Shown here one piece after another: positions 38,241 to 49,029 of a DNA stretch of 51,199 nucleotides. Each line of letters opens with the position of its first letter. The first letter of the stretch is position 1. Source of the DNA: a candidate division WOR-3 bacterium (GTDB taxonomy: Bacteria; Hydrothermota; Tepidihabitantia; SM23-42); the NCBI GenBank assembly GCA_014859085.1, contig JACUUY010000003.1, positions 1-51,199 on the forward strand, given 5' to 3'. The notes below the pieces were generated by a model. The model saw only the letters and a list, made by a program, of their open reading frames with translations. It did not search any database and was not told the origin of the DNA. Both the position numbers and the translations under genes were made by a program.

Positions 38241-38268
38241 ATTATAGATACAAACTCTTTCATGTCAA
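38241..38268 (-). promoter_or_regulatory. Consensus sigma70 promoter of the M6 operon (about 125-nt leader)
   Basis: TTGACA(38268-38263)-N16-TATAAT(38246-38241). Confidence 0.75.
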
Positions 38269-38290
38269 TACGAAGACCGCATCCGGTTGG

Positions 38291-41200
38291 TCAGAACCGC
38301 ACACGGTACTGGTACTGGACGCTGTACTCGCCGGCTTCGTCGCGTTCGACATGTATCTTGTTCCTGTCGTCAATGTAGTATTCGACGTTGAATTCATTGG
38401 AAAAAGTTGTTATGTCATAGGTGTAAGTAACAAAGAGATTCCGCGAGATGTACTTGCCAACCGTCAACCTTGTCTTCTCATCACTCTCGAAGAAAGGCGT
38501 CTCGATATGAAAGTAGTCGAGTCCGGTGTACTGCCGGATCGCTCGCGAGATATCACCCTCCAGCCACGAAAGCAGGCTGCGCGGAATGACCCGGCTCATG
38601 TATTCGCCGCGCTTGATCTGTTCCAGTTCCTGCCAGGTAATATTGAGATTCAGATAAGTAACGATATCTTGCTCGGTATACCTGCCCGGCGGGTCAGTGT
38701 AGAACTCGAATATCGGCTCGGAGATCGGGCCGAACATGTGGAGGATTATCTTGACCCCTTCCCGGGTATCCATTTCCGCCCAGAAATCCACCTCCGGGTC
38801 TATTTCGTCCTGGGGCATGAAAGTCACCTTACCCTGCGTTATCGAGAGGATGTGGTTCAGCCAGTAGTAGTTGCCCCGGCGGGTCTCCATGACGCCGGAA
38901 AGGCGCACCGGACCGGTTTCCTTGACGATCGACAGATCACCGCCGAACTCGATATCCGCGTCACGGTTCCTCAGCCAGACATCCCGTTCTCCCCTCACGG
39001 TCAGATTGAGACGCCAATCTTCATCCTGCACGGCTTGCTCCTCTTCGATCTTCATGCCGAATTCGAGCGGTATGACGGCTTCCTTGACCGTTATGCTGCC
39101 GTTATAGTGCATCACGCGATCGCGCATATTCAATGAAAAATTGCCGCTTCCGAGACCATAGGCAAACGGTGGAAATTGAACCGGCGCATCGATGAAGCTG
39201 AAATCGAAGTTCAGGTTGTTAACGCGGAAACGCTTCTCGAGTTTCACGACCCCGCCGCCACTTATCCACTTGCCGGGCAACCGGCGGCCGTTAGTCGGCG
39301 ACATGACCCCCCGGCCTGAGACGAACACTATCCGGGTGCCTTCAAATACGACTTCCGTGTTCACCGAATCGAGCCGGGAGGCGATGACCGCCACGGTAAA
39401 GGCCCCCTCGTGGATCGTACCACCGCCGTTGAATTCGAACTGCTCGATGTTCCCCTTGAAGCCCACTTCGCCGGTCATCAAACCCGTCGGGTCGCCCAGA
39501 AATTTCGAAAGGAACGGCAGAACCCAGATACCGACGTTATGGAATTTCGCGGTCAGATCAGAATGCTGCCAGGAAACGACACCGCGCGCGTCCAGTACTT
39601 GTCCAAGGTCATCATGGACGTGTAGCGAATCAATGGCGACGCCGAGCTCTGACCGCCGGCCCGTCAAAGCAAGCATTCCGTTCTTCATTCCGATGAAATC
39701 GACGTTGCGCGCGCTGAGGTTGATGGAATCCCGGGTGAAACTCAATTCAAGCATGCCCTGCAATTCCTCCCTGATGCCCAGCAATCGGCCCAATTTGTGC
39801 AGGTCGATGGCCTCGAGTTTCAAACTCAACGGCACCCTTGAGAACTCCAGAACACCATCGGCAAGCATGAGATTGACGCTGCTGATCATGCCGGTCAAGA
39901 TATCGAATTCGATCGGCCTCGTATTCTTCGTAAGCACCCGGTTGTAGTTCACGGCCAAGGAGCTGATCGTGCCGCGCAGACCGGCGCGCAACATTCCTTC
40001 CGCGATGATGCTGTCCGCCTTATCAAAGGCGATAAAAGTGAACAGGCTGTCGCGGATCGCCAGACGGGCGTGTTCCATACGGTGATCCTTGTACTCCAAG
40101 CCGGCGATCGCGATCGAGAGTTCCTGTCTCGTGCCGTCGCGCTGGAAATTCTCGCTCCTTATCGCGATCGTGTCCGCCGCGATCCCGTAGACCGACGGTT
40201 CTCTGACCAGTAAGTTCGAACTGATGCTCAGACCGAGCAGATCATCGGGCTTGCCGGCCAGCCGGGCCGAACCGCTCAACCGACCGGCCGCGTGAGAATA
40301 CTTGGAGAAGCGCGTGAAATCAAAATCCGCGAAAGCAAAATACAGGTCGATCTGCGGTAAAACCGTACCCCGGGCCCGCATCGTCTCAACACCCTCGAGG
40401 ACAAGAAGTGAATCGACGTGCAAACCGGAACCGGAATATGACCCGTAACACCACACCGAATCGAGACCCAGACCAGGACCGGCGGGCGAACTGATGAATC
40501 CGGTGAAATTGCTGTCCTTGAATGTGACGTGCCCGTTGACAAGGACCGGCTCGTCAAGACCCAGTAATGCGCCGGCATCAAGATCCGTGAAGTCGCCGGC
40601 GAAGGCGATCCGGCGCAGACCCACCAGCCTCAGTTGACCGGACACCGATCCACCGTATGCCCCGGCATCGAACACGTCCGCCCAGACCGTATCGGCCGCG
40701 GCCCTTGTCTCAAAGCCGAATCCTGTAAAAGGACCGAGGCCCGTGACTTTGCCGCGGATCTGCGGCAGCAGATTGCCCTCAGAGTAAACAACCTTGCCGC
40801 CAAAATCTGCTTCGCCTTCGGGAACGCCTACTTTCTTCAGATCGATCCGTGCGTCCTCGAATTCAAAAGCGGCATGGGGCGGCTCGAAGAAATAGGAACC
40901 TTTGCCCCTGAAGACCAAGCCCTCGCCGTTCACCCTCAAGGAATTGACCTTGACCTTCTCGTTGTCAATGTCGACATCGAGATCGATCGTTCTGAGGTCT
41001 AACGAGTATTCTTCGGAGCGCAGAGAAAGATTTTTTGTCAGGAAATGCATCCGGGAACCGATGAAATCCGCGAAGACGATACCGGATATGCCATCGGCCA
41101 TGTAGATCTTCTCTGCCTTGTATGTTATCTGCCCGTTTTTCACACTCATCCTCAAACCCAGCCGTATGTTGGGCACGCCCGGAACAGGGGTCTTCGCAAC

Positions 41201-41536
41201 GTGCTTCTTCGCTTCGATCGTGACCCTCGGCTCGAGCAGGTTGATCTCAAACAGATTGGGCAACTGGAGCATGAACGGGTTGAAGCGATAGTGGAGCTCC
41301 GCGGCCGCGCCGCAGGCGCGGTCGCCGTCCGACAACCGTACGCAGTATTCTTCGATCCGAAATCCCTGGAGTATGTTACCCTTGATAGCCCGGTACTCGA
41401 TACTGACACCGGTTACGCGCTCCAATATGTTGAGCGTCAGTTTGCCGAATTCAACACTGGTCACGAACCGGACCGCGGCGGCAATGATCAGAACAAAAGC
41501 GACGGGTCCGATGATATGCCTGAAATAACGCTTCAT
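38291..41536 (-). CDS. tamB: Translocation and assembly module TamB (AsmA-like, DUF490)
   Basis: N-terminal TM anchor, long beta-taco-type repeats, C-terminal LTVGKYISRNLFVTY..VEY..YRVRF. Directly follows an Omp85 gene. Start at ATG 41536. Confidence 0.85.
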   Translation of the reverse strand: MKRYFRHIIGPVAFVLIIAAAVRFVTSVEFGKLTLNILERVTGVSIEYRAIKGNILQGFRIEEYCVRLSDGDRACGAAAELHYRFNPFMLQLPNLFEINLLEPRVTIEAKKHVAKTPVPGVPNIRLGLRMSVKNGQITYKAEKIYMADGISGIVFADFIGSRMHFLTKNLSLRSEEYSLDLRTIDLDVDIDNEKVKVNSLRVNGEGLVFRGKGSYFFEPPHAAFEFEDARIDLKKVGVPEGEADFGGKVVYSEGNLLPQIRGKVTGLGPFTGFGFETRAAADTVWADVFDAGAYGGSVSGQLRLVGLRRIAFAGDFTDLDAGALLGLDEPVLVNGHVTFKDSNFTGFISSPAGPGLGLDSVWCYGSYSGSGLHVDSLLVLEGVETMRARGTVLPQIDLYFAFADFDFTRFSKYSHAAGRLSGSARLAGKPDDLLGLSISSNLLVREPSVYGIAADTIAIRSENFQRDGTRQELSIAIAGLEYKDHRMEHARLAIRDSLFTFIAFDKADSIIAEGMLRAGLRGTISSLAVNYNRVLTKNTRPIEFDILTGMISSVNLMLADGVLEFSRVPLSLKLEAIDLHKLGRLLGIREELQGMLELSFTRDSINLSARNVDFIGMKNGMLALTGRRSELGVAIDSLHVHDDLGQVLDARGVVSWQHSDLTAKFHNVGIWVLPFLSKFLGDPTGLMTGEVGFKGNIEQFEFNGGGTIHEGAFTVAVIASRLDSVNTEVVFEGTRIVFVSGRGVMSPTNGRRLPGKWISGGGVVKLEKRFRVNNLNFDFSFIDAPVQFPPFAYGLGSGNFSLNMRDRVMHYNGSITVKEAVIPLEFGMKIEEEQAVQDEDWRLNLTVRGERDVWLRNRDADIEFGGDLSIVKETGPVRLSGVMETRRGNYYWLNHILSITQGKVTFMPQDEIDPEVDFWAEMDTREGVKIILHMFGPISEPIFEFYTDPPGRYTEQDIVTYLNLNITWQELEQIKRGEYMSRVIPRSLLSWLEGDISRAIRQYTGLDYFHIETPFFESDEKTRLTVGKYISRNLFVTYTYDITTFSNEFNVEYYIDDRNKIHVERDEAGEYSVQYQYRVRF

Positions 41537-41541
41537 CTGGG

Positions 41542-43209
41542 CTAGAAAGTATGATAAATACCGAGATACAGCTCGCTTCCCTTCTCCTGGAGCGGAAAGC
41601 CCCAATCGAGCCGTATTGGGCCGATCGGCGTGAAATAACGGATGCCGACGCCCGCGGTCGTTTTCAGGTATTCGCTGTCTGAAAAATCAATCTCATTGTC
41701 AATGTATCCGGCATCGAAGAATCCAACCAGACCAAAATTCAGCGGCAAGCCGATCCGATATTCAAGGTTCAGGTTCAACAGTATCCTTCCGTACCGCTCG
41801 TCGGCAAATGAATCAGGGCCCAGCGACCGTTCGGGATAGCCGCGCAGCGAATACTGACCTCCGAGGTAGTACATCTCGTAGACCGACACTCCGTTGGTCG
41901 GGATGAGAACGCCGGATTTGAAACGCTGCGCGATCACCTGGCCGAGGAACTCCACAAAAACGCGTTCTTCGCTCTCCAGACGCACGAAATGATTCTCCCC
42001 CCCGAATATTCCGCCCGCGTATTCCAGCGCAGGCACCATATAGAATCCTTTTCTGGGATTGAAGAACTCGTCCCGGAAGTCGAGCAGGAATTGCATTTTT
42101 GCGCTGTTGGTTGCACCTCTGATCGTATCGGGCAGAGTGACCCTCGGCTCGAGCCGCATGTACTTGTACTGGTGTGCAACATTCAATGCGGCATGTTCGG
42201 TGAATACCTTGGTCACCCTGAATTCATTGCCTCTCGTGTAGCGGAAAAAGTCACTCTTGTCTTCAAACCAGACGAACGGCAGCGTCGAAATACTGAGACG
42301 CAGGGGGGTGATATGGGGCAACGTGTACCTCCCCTCAACCTTCACCTCCCATTCCCGTTCGATATTCACCTTGAAAAGCGGCGTGACGTTGACGCGGTGG
42401 CCGATATTGGCAAGATTCAATTCCTCAATGCCGATGGAAAGCAAGAAGCTGAACGGCAGCGTCATGCCGATCCCGAAATTGAGGATGCGCGACTTCAGTT
42501 CTCTTACGTTAAAGATCAGATCAAGACTGTCCGGCTCGACCTTTGTCATTTCGACCTGGAGCGTACTGAAAAATCCAAGCGCGTAGATCCTGCGCTGGCT
42601 GTTGTAGACCCTGGATTTGTTGTAGATATCGCCGGGTGCGAGTTCAACCTCACGCCGCACGAGGTGGGGTCGGGTCCTCGTCACACCGCGCACCTCGATC
42701 TTCCTTATATAATACAGCCCGCCCTTTTGGACTTTGAAGACGAGAATGCCGGAATCGGGCAGCGCCGAGTGTTCAACTTCGGCGAACGGGTATCCCCGGT
42801 CTTTGAAGTGATCCTCCAGCGCGCGAGCGCTCTCATTGAGCCGGGACTGGATGTAGTGATCGCCGGTCCGCGCGCGCAGGTAGTTCTTGACATCCGGTAC
42901 GGTCTCACCGACAACGACGATCTCCTCGATGCGCGGTCTGAAGCCTTCTTCAACGTGAAATACGATGGACACGAGATCGCGGTGTATCGCGACCTCGGGC
43001 GTCACTTTGGTCGCAAAAAAACCCCGAGCGCGATAGAACCAACCTATACGCTCGACATCGTAACTGATGTCGAGATCGCTGTATTCCTCACCGACCCTGG
43101 AGACGATCTCCTTACGCAGATTGCGCGCCGGTACCGACTCGTTACCCGTAAATTCTATCTCGGTTATTGGAAGACTAATGAGGAATAAAGACAGAAACAA
43201 ACCCGCCAA
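41542..43209 (-). CDS. tamA: Omp85-family protein with about 3 POTRA domains (TamA-like)
   Basis: IEFTGN, Y..RGFF, GYPFAEV, YLGGQYSLRGY, GIRYFTPIGPIRLDWG, terminal Phe. 555 aa. Confidence 0.85.
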   Translation of the reverse strand: MAGLFLSLFLISLPITEIEFTGNESVPARNLRKEIVSRVGEEYSDLDISYDVERIGWFYRARGFFATKVTPEVAIHRDLVSIVFHVEEGFRPRIEEIVVVGETVPDVKNYLRARTGDHYIQSRLNESARALEDHFKDRGYPFAEVEHSALPDSGILVFKVQKGGLYYIRKIEVRGVTRTRPHLVRREVELAPGDIYNKSRVYNSQRRIYALGFFSTLQVEMTKVEPDSLDLIFNVRELKSRILNFGIGMTLPFSFLLSIGIEELNLANIGHRVNVTPLFKVNIEREWEVKVEGRYTLPHITPLRLSISTLPFVWFEDKSDFFRYTRGNEFRVTKVFTEHAALNVAHQYKYMRLEPRVTLPDTIRGATNSAKMQFLLDFRDEFFNPRKGFYMVPALEYAGGIFGGENHFVRLESEERVFVEFLGQVIAQRFKSGVLIPTNGVSVYEMYYLGGQYSLRGYPERSLGPDSFADERYGRILLNLNLEYRIGLPLNFGLVGFFDAGYIDNEIDFSDSEYLKTTAGVGIRYFTPIGPIRLDWGFPLQEKGSELYLGIYHTF

Positions 43210-43215
43210 GTGCGT

Positions 43216-44169
43216 TCAGATCAAAAACTGGCCCTTCTTGATGATCGGCATGTCGTCAAGCCACACACTTGGTTTTCGTATCACACCATCGAGGTGAATG
43301 CGCGCCTTGTTGCGGCCGCCGAAAGCCAGATTATTACCAAAGGCAACGTGTATCGTGCCGAGGACCTTCTCGTCCTCGAGCACATTGCCGGTAACTGCGG
43401 CCCTGTAATTCGTACCGATGCCAAACTCGCAGAGCGTTCGCTCGTTGCGTCCGTAGCGGTTGAAAAGGGAATTCATTTGACGGTTGCCCTTGAGATTCTT
43501 GATCCTGCCCTTTTCTATCTCGAGGATGACCGGTTCAGCAAGGGCGCCGACCGGCGCGAAGGAACCGTCAACAACGATCCGGCCGTGACTCTTTTCCTCA
43601 ACCGGTGCGACATACGCCTCGCCGGCCGGTAGGTTCGAAAACCCGCCTGTGTGTTTGACGATCCCCGTGTCCAGGTAGCACCGTCGCCGGGTAAGATCAA
43701 GTTCCAGTATGGATCCGTTGTCCGATTCAATGCAGACATGTCGGGCGACGTCGACGATTCTGCCCAGTTTCTTTGTCAGCCGGGCGATCCTCGAGTAATC
43801 GGCATTGAGCGTCCGGAGCATCATTTCAACCGTGATGCCGGGCATGGTCGCGCCCCGGGCGCCGCCCTTGTTTGCTTCGATCCTTGCCCGGGTATGTGTC
43901 AGTGAACAACTGGTCGGCATGATGAAAACATCGCAGGCCCGGATCGCCTCGGCAACGGTCCGCGGCGGTTCTTCGCCGTGAATGGAGCGCGGCTTCATTT
44001 CGATAAGCAGGGGGTCGTTCTTCGCGAGCAAAGCGGTCCAGATCGAAACGCCGACGGCGCGACATGGTTCATCCGTGACAACGACAACCTTCTCGCCAGC
44101 CCTGACCGCCAGGCATTTGTCGATGACGACTCTGGCCGCGCTAAGTAGTCCTCGCTCCAGGTCTTTCAT
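43216..44169 (-). CDS. M29-family (AmpS / aminopeptidase T-like) metallo-aminopeptidase, short type
   Basis: NLPAGEAYVAP, EFGIGTN, EDEKVLGTIHVAFGNN, HLDG. Confidence 0.88.
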   Translation of the reverse strand: MKDLERGLLSAARVVIDKCLAVRAGEKVVVVTDEPCRAVGVSIWTALLAKNDPLLIEMKPRSIHGEEPPRTVAEAIRACDVFIMPTSCSLTHTRARIEANKGGARGATMPGITVEMMLRTLNADYSRIARLTKKLGRIVDVARHVCIESDNGSILELDLTRRRCYLDTGIVKHTGGFSNLPAGEAYVAPVEEKSHGRIVVDGSFAPVGALAEPVILEIEKGRIKNLKGNRQMNSLFNRYGRNERTLCEFGIGTNYRAAVTGNVLEDEKVLGTIHVAFGNNLAFGGRNKARIHLDGVIRKPSVWLDDMPIIKKGQFLI

Positions 44170-44192
44170 GTGAGTCTATTGGGGGGTTTTTG

Positions 44193-44663
44193 CTACCAGC
44201 GGAAATGAGCGAACGCGCGATTCGCCTCAGCCATCTTGTGTACTTCTTCCCGTTTCTTGATGGCGCCGCCCTCGTTCTTGCTTGCGGCGATGATCTCCTG
44301 CGCCAGCCTGTCTTCCATCCGGTACTCAGCCCGGCCACGGGCAATGCGGATCAACCACCTTATGGCGAGACTTTCCTTCCTTGCCGGACGGACCTCCATC
44401 GGGATCTGATACGTTGCGCCGCCAACGCGTCGCGGTCTCACCTCGAGCACGGGTTTGACATTATTCAGCGCTTTTTCGAAAACCGCAAGGCCGTCTTCTT
44501 TGGTCTGTTTCTCGATGGCTGCAATTGCACCATAGAGGATCTTCTGGGCAACGCTTCTCTTCCCGTCCCACATGAGGTTATTGATGAACTTGCTGACGAC
44601 CATGCTGTTGAATTTCGGATCCGGCTGCACTTTCCTTACCTGGGCTCTTCTCCTTCTTCCCAT
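44193..44663 (-). CDS. rpsG: 30S ribosomal protein S7
   Basis: [33 protein letters not shown]. Confidence 0.99.
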   Translation of the reverse strand: MGRRRRAQVRKVQPDPKFNSMVVSKFINNLMWDGKRSVAQKILYGAIAAIEKQTKEDGLAVFEKALNNVKPVLEVRPRRVGGATYQIPMEVRPARKESLAIRWLIRIARGRAEYRMEDRLAQEIIAASKNEGGAIKKREEVHKMAEANRAFAHFRW

Positions 44664-44673
44664 ATCTCCTCCG

Positions 44674-45063
44674 CTATGACGTTGCCTGTGTTTCCTTGGG
44701 CCGCTTCACGCCGTAGAGCGAACGGCTCTTCTTCCTGCCTTCAACACCGGCCGTATCGTATTTGCCGCGCACGATGTGGTAGCGCACACCCGGCAGGTCT
44801 TTGACCCTGCCGCCGCGCACGAGCACGATCGAGTGTTCCTGCAGGTTGTGGCCCTCACCCGGTATGTACGAAGTCACTTCATAACCATTGGTCAACCTGA
44901 CCTTGCATACCTTGCGCAACGCTGAATTCGGTTTCTTGGGCGTCGTCGTGTAAACGCGCGTGCAAACGCCGCGACGCTGGGGATTTTGCTGCAAAGCCGG
45001 CGCCTTGCTCTTCGACGCCGCCCGCTTCCGGCCTCTCCTAATTAACTGATTGATTGTCGGCAT
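44674..45063 (-). CDS. rpsL: 30S ribosomal protein S12
   Basis: [34 protein letters not shown]. Confidence 0.99.
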   Translation of the reverse strand: MPTINQLIRRGRKRAASKSKAPALQQNPQRRGVCTRVYTTTPKKPNSALRKVCKVRLTNGYEVTSYIPGEGHNLQEHSIVLVRGGRVKDLPGVRYHIVRGKYDTAGVEGRKKSRSLYGVKRPKETQATS

Positions 45064-45100
45064 TAGCCTCCTTCATTAAAAGCCATGAACATAACGTTCT

Positions 45101-45128
45101 ATTATATCCACCAGCGACGATTTGTCAA
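45101..45128 (-). promoter_or_regulatory. rpsL promoter (short leader with AAGGAGG SD)
   Basis: TTGACA(45128-45123)-N16-TATAAT(45106-45101). Confidence 0.8.
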
Positions 45129-45138
45129 CCCATAATGC

Positions 45139-45166
45139 TTGACTTTGTCCCGGGGGTAGGTATATT
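45139..45166 (+). promoter_or_regulatory. asnS promoter, predicted leaderless; back-to-back with the rpsL promoter
   Basis: TTGACT(45139-45144)-N16-TATATT(45161-45166), ATG 6 nt downstream. Confidence 0.7.
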
Positions 45167-45172
45167 TGACCC

Positions 45173-46462
<1,290 letters not shown>

Positions 46463-46465
46463 AGG

Positions 46466-46496
46466 GGGACGGTGCTTGACAATTTGACAATTTTCA
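46466..46496 (+). repeat. 31-bp direct repeat, copy 1
   Basis: GGGACGGTGCTTGACAATTTGACAATTTTCA, identical to 47980-48010. Confidence 0.95.
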
Positions 46497-46530
46497 AGAC
46501 ATCTTCAGGGCCCGGCACATAATGATCTGG

Positions 46531-46590
46531 CAAATTACAAAGCACAAGCACCGGATTCCAAACAAATCACAAAATTCAAACTCCAAACAA
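46531..46590. repeat. A/C-rich degenerate heptamer array
   Basis: aaattac aaagcac aagcacc ggattcc aaac aaatcac aaaattc aaactcc aaac. Confidence 0.65.
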
Positions 46591-46768
46591 GTCGTAAGTA
46601 CCATAGATTCCCGACCTCTGCACAGAAGAAGACGGTGGTTGACAATACGACTGCAGGAAGCCGGCAAATTATGGCACAGCCCGCAATATCCGGGGCAATG
46701 TCCAAGATGCCGTCCTGGCACCGACATTGATCTCTCATTTCGAGGGCCGACCCTGGAAGGAGTCTATC

Positions 46769-47980
46769 ATGTTTGAAAGAACGATCGTTCCAGCGGCTGC
46801 AGTTTTATTGTACATGAGCTGCGGATCAGCGGTGCCAAGAGCCAACGAGAATCCTGTGCCCAGGCAAGATATGAACGTCGTCGCCGCCGCGAATCAATTC
46901 TGCCTGGATCTCTATGCCCGGCTCAGCGAGAAACAGGAGAACATTTTCTTTTCTCCGTACAGCATATGGACGGCTCTGGCCATGACCTATGAAGGCGCGC
47001 GTGCAGGAACGGCCGAGCAGATGGAGCGAACACTCCATGCGCCAGATGACCCTGACATGCGGAAGACTGCTATCAAGGACCTGTTGACCATCATAAACTC
47101 TCCTGATGCTGAATATGAGCTCAATACGGCAAATGCGCTCTGGGCGCAGCACGATCACGGCTTTCTGCGGGAGTACATAGCCATCATCGAAGAATACTAC
47201 ATGGGCCGGGCGGCGAATCTCGATTTCAAGACCGATGCCGAAGGAGCGCGCAAGACGATCAATGACTGGGTCGCCGATCAGACCCGGCAGAAGATCAAGG
47301 ACTTGATCCCGTCCGGCGCACTCTCGGTCCTGACCCGGCTCGTGCTCACCAATGCCATCTATTTCAAGGCGGACTGGCAGCAGCGGTTCGAAGAAGCGCA
47401 GACGACTGACCAGCCTTTCTTTACAAGCACCGGGGATACCGTATCCGTGCCCATGATGACCATGATGAACGCGCGGTTTCCGTATACCGAAACCCCTGAG
47501 GTGCAGGTTCTGGAACTACCCTACAGCGGCGATTCGCTCGCCATGCTCGTCATGCTGCCGCGCACGCGCGACGCCCAGACGCTCGAAGCGCGGCTCGACA
47601 CCGCGCACCTGTATGCGTGGACCAGGCAACTCAGCCGGCAAGAAGTTGATGTCTTCATGCCGCGTTTCAAGCTTGAGACAAAATATAACCTCAATGCCAC
47701 CCTCAGCGATATGGGTATGGCGATCGCATTTTCTCCCCGGGCCGATTTCTCCGGCATGAACGGCAGAGGTGATCTCTTCATCAGTGCGGTCATTCACCAG
47801 GCATTTGTCGAGGTCAATGAAGAAGGGACTGAGGCCGCGGCCGCGACCGGCGTTATGATGGAGACGGTGTCGGTACGGCCGAGGATCGAATTCCGCGCCG
47901 ATCACCCATTTGTCTTCATGATCCGGGACAAGAGAACCCAGGCCATCCTGTTCATGGGCCGGGTTAGCGATCCGAGCTAG
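46769..47980 (+). CDS. Serpin (inhibitory type), probable lipoprotein
   Basis: NIFFSPYSI, INDWV, LTNAIYFKADW, hinge EEGTEAAAATG, FRADHPF. Signal peptide ending LLYMSC. ATG 46769 with AAGGAG SD. Confidence 0.95.
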   Translation: MFERTIVPAAAVLLYMSCGSAVPRANENPVPRQDMNVVAAANQFCLDLYARLSEKQENIFFSPYSIWTALAMTYEGARAGTAEQMERTLHAPDDPDMRKTAIKDLLTIINSPDAEYELNTANALWAQHDHGFLREYIAIIEEYYMGRAANLDFKTDAEGARKTINDWVADQTRQKIKDLIPSGALSVLTRLVLTNAIYFKADWQQRFEEAQTTDQPFFTSTGDTVSVPMMTMMNARFPYTETPEVQVLELPYSGDSLAMLVMLPRTRDAQTLEARLDTAHLYAWTRQLSRQEVDVFMPRFKLETKYNLNATLSDMGMAIAFSPRADFSGMNGRGDLFISAVIHQAFVEVNEEGTEAAAATGVMMETVSVRPRIEFRADHPFVFMIRDKRTQAILFMGRVSDPS

Positions 47981-48010
47981 GGACGGTGCTTGACAATTTG
48001 ACAATTTTCA
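47980..48010 (+). repeat. 31-bp direct repeat, copy 2
   Basis: Identical to 46466-46496; begins on the last base of the serpin stop codon. Confidence 0.95.
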
Positions 48011-48112
48011 GGCCATAGATTCACACCCGCTGTAACCTCTATTTCTTCACTGAGACCCTGTTTCTGGCATACTCTCTGCCGCCACGCAAAGGCCCGCAAT
48101 TACGATGATTTC

Positions 48113-48147
48113 CATATCATGGATCATGTATCGTGGATCATATCTCG
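48113..48147. repeat. Heptamer array, (TGGATCA)n-like
   Basis: catatca tggatca tgtatcg tggatca tatctcg. Confidence 0.7.
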
Positions 48148-48198
48148 TAAATTACTTACGGAATATCAACATATATTGATTTTCTTTCATTTTACCCA

Positions 48199-48226
48199 TT
48201 GACAAATTGAAATTATTGATTATAAT
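48199..48226 (+). promoter_or_regulatory. Consensus sigma70 promoter of the DUF2089 operon, predicted leaderless
   Basis: TTGACA(48199-48204)-N16-TATAAT(48221-48226), ATG 5 nt downstream. Confidence 0.8.
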
Positions 48227-48231
48227 GTATC

Positions 48232-48597
48232 ATGAAAGTTAAATTATTCAATTGTCCATCGTGTAGCGAAAGGATGGTCATCAGCGAGCTGAAGTGCCCG
48301 AAGTGCGACCTGAAGATCAAGAAGGAATTTGAGGTCTGTGAATTCTGCCGTCTGTCTGAAGAGGACCACGAATTCCTCATTATATTTTTGCGCACCCAGG
48401 GCCGGATAACCGACATGGAGAAAGTGCTGGGCGTCTCGTACCCGACGATCAAGTCCCGGATCGAAAACCTGCTCAAGAACCTCGGCCTCTCCCCGGTCGC
48501 CGGAGATACGGATACTGATCCGCTCGAAGCGCTCGCGCGCGGCGAGATGTCGGTCGACGAAGCGATCGCGATATTGAAGCAGCGAAAAAGAAAGTAG
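48232..48597 (+). CDS. DUF2089-family zinc-ribbon/HTH regulator
   Basis: CPSC..CPKC, HTH MEKVLGVSYPTIKSR, C-terminal SHOCT-like GEMSVDEAI. Confidence 0.88.
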   Translation: MKVKLFNCPSCSERMVISELKCPKCDLKIKKEFEVCEFCRLSEEDHEFLIIFLRTQGRITDMEKVLGVSYPTIKSRIENLLKNLGLSPVAGDTDTDPLEALARGEMSVDEAIAILKQRKRK

Positions 48598-48630
48598 GGA
48601 TGAAGGAAAGTTGATTGAAAGGAGAGAAAC

Positions 48631-49029
48631 ATGTCTGAAGAAAAGAAGAAGATCCTGCAAATGGTCGCCGATGGCAAACTGACGCCTGAAGAAGCCGACC
48701 GCCTGCTCGATGCGGTAAAGGACGCGCGCGGCAAGAAGCGTTTCTTCAAGGTCCGGGTGTACGACCGCTCCAGCGGCGACAAACCCACGGTGAACGTGAA
48801 CATACCGATCGCGGTATTGAAACTGGCCTCGAAGCTCGGTCGGGCATTCAAGGGCATGGTGCCCGAGGGCATGAAGGTCAACATGCACGGCCGGGAGATC
48901 GCGCTCGACGAATTCACACCGGAGATGATCGACGAGGTCATTGACAGCCTCGGTGAAGGAGAGAAATTCGTGCTCGCCGAGGTGACCGACGAAACCAAAG
49001 GCGAGTACGTGGAGGTGTACATTGAATGA
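48631..49029 (+). CDS. SHOCT-like domain protein
   Basis: EEKKKILQMVADGKLTPEEADRLL, KVRV..VNVNIPI, VEVYIE. Confidence 0.8.
   Translation: MSEEKKKILQMVADGKLTPEEADRLLDAVKDARGKKRFFKVRVYDRSSGDKPTVNVNIPIAVLKLASKLGRAFKGMVPEGMKVNMHGREIALDEFTPEMIDEVIDSLGEGEKFVLAEVTDETKGEYVEVYIE

Noticed and set aside
46466-48010. CRISPR array from the 31-bp repeats
   Set aside because: Only two copies, 1.5 kb apart, enclosing a full gene; no cas genes.
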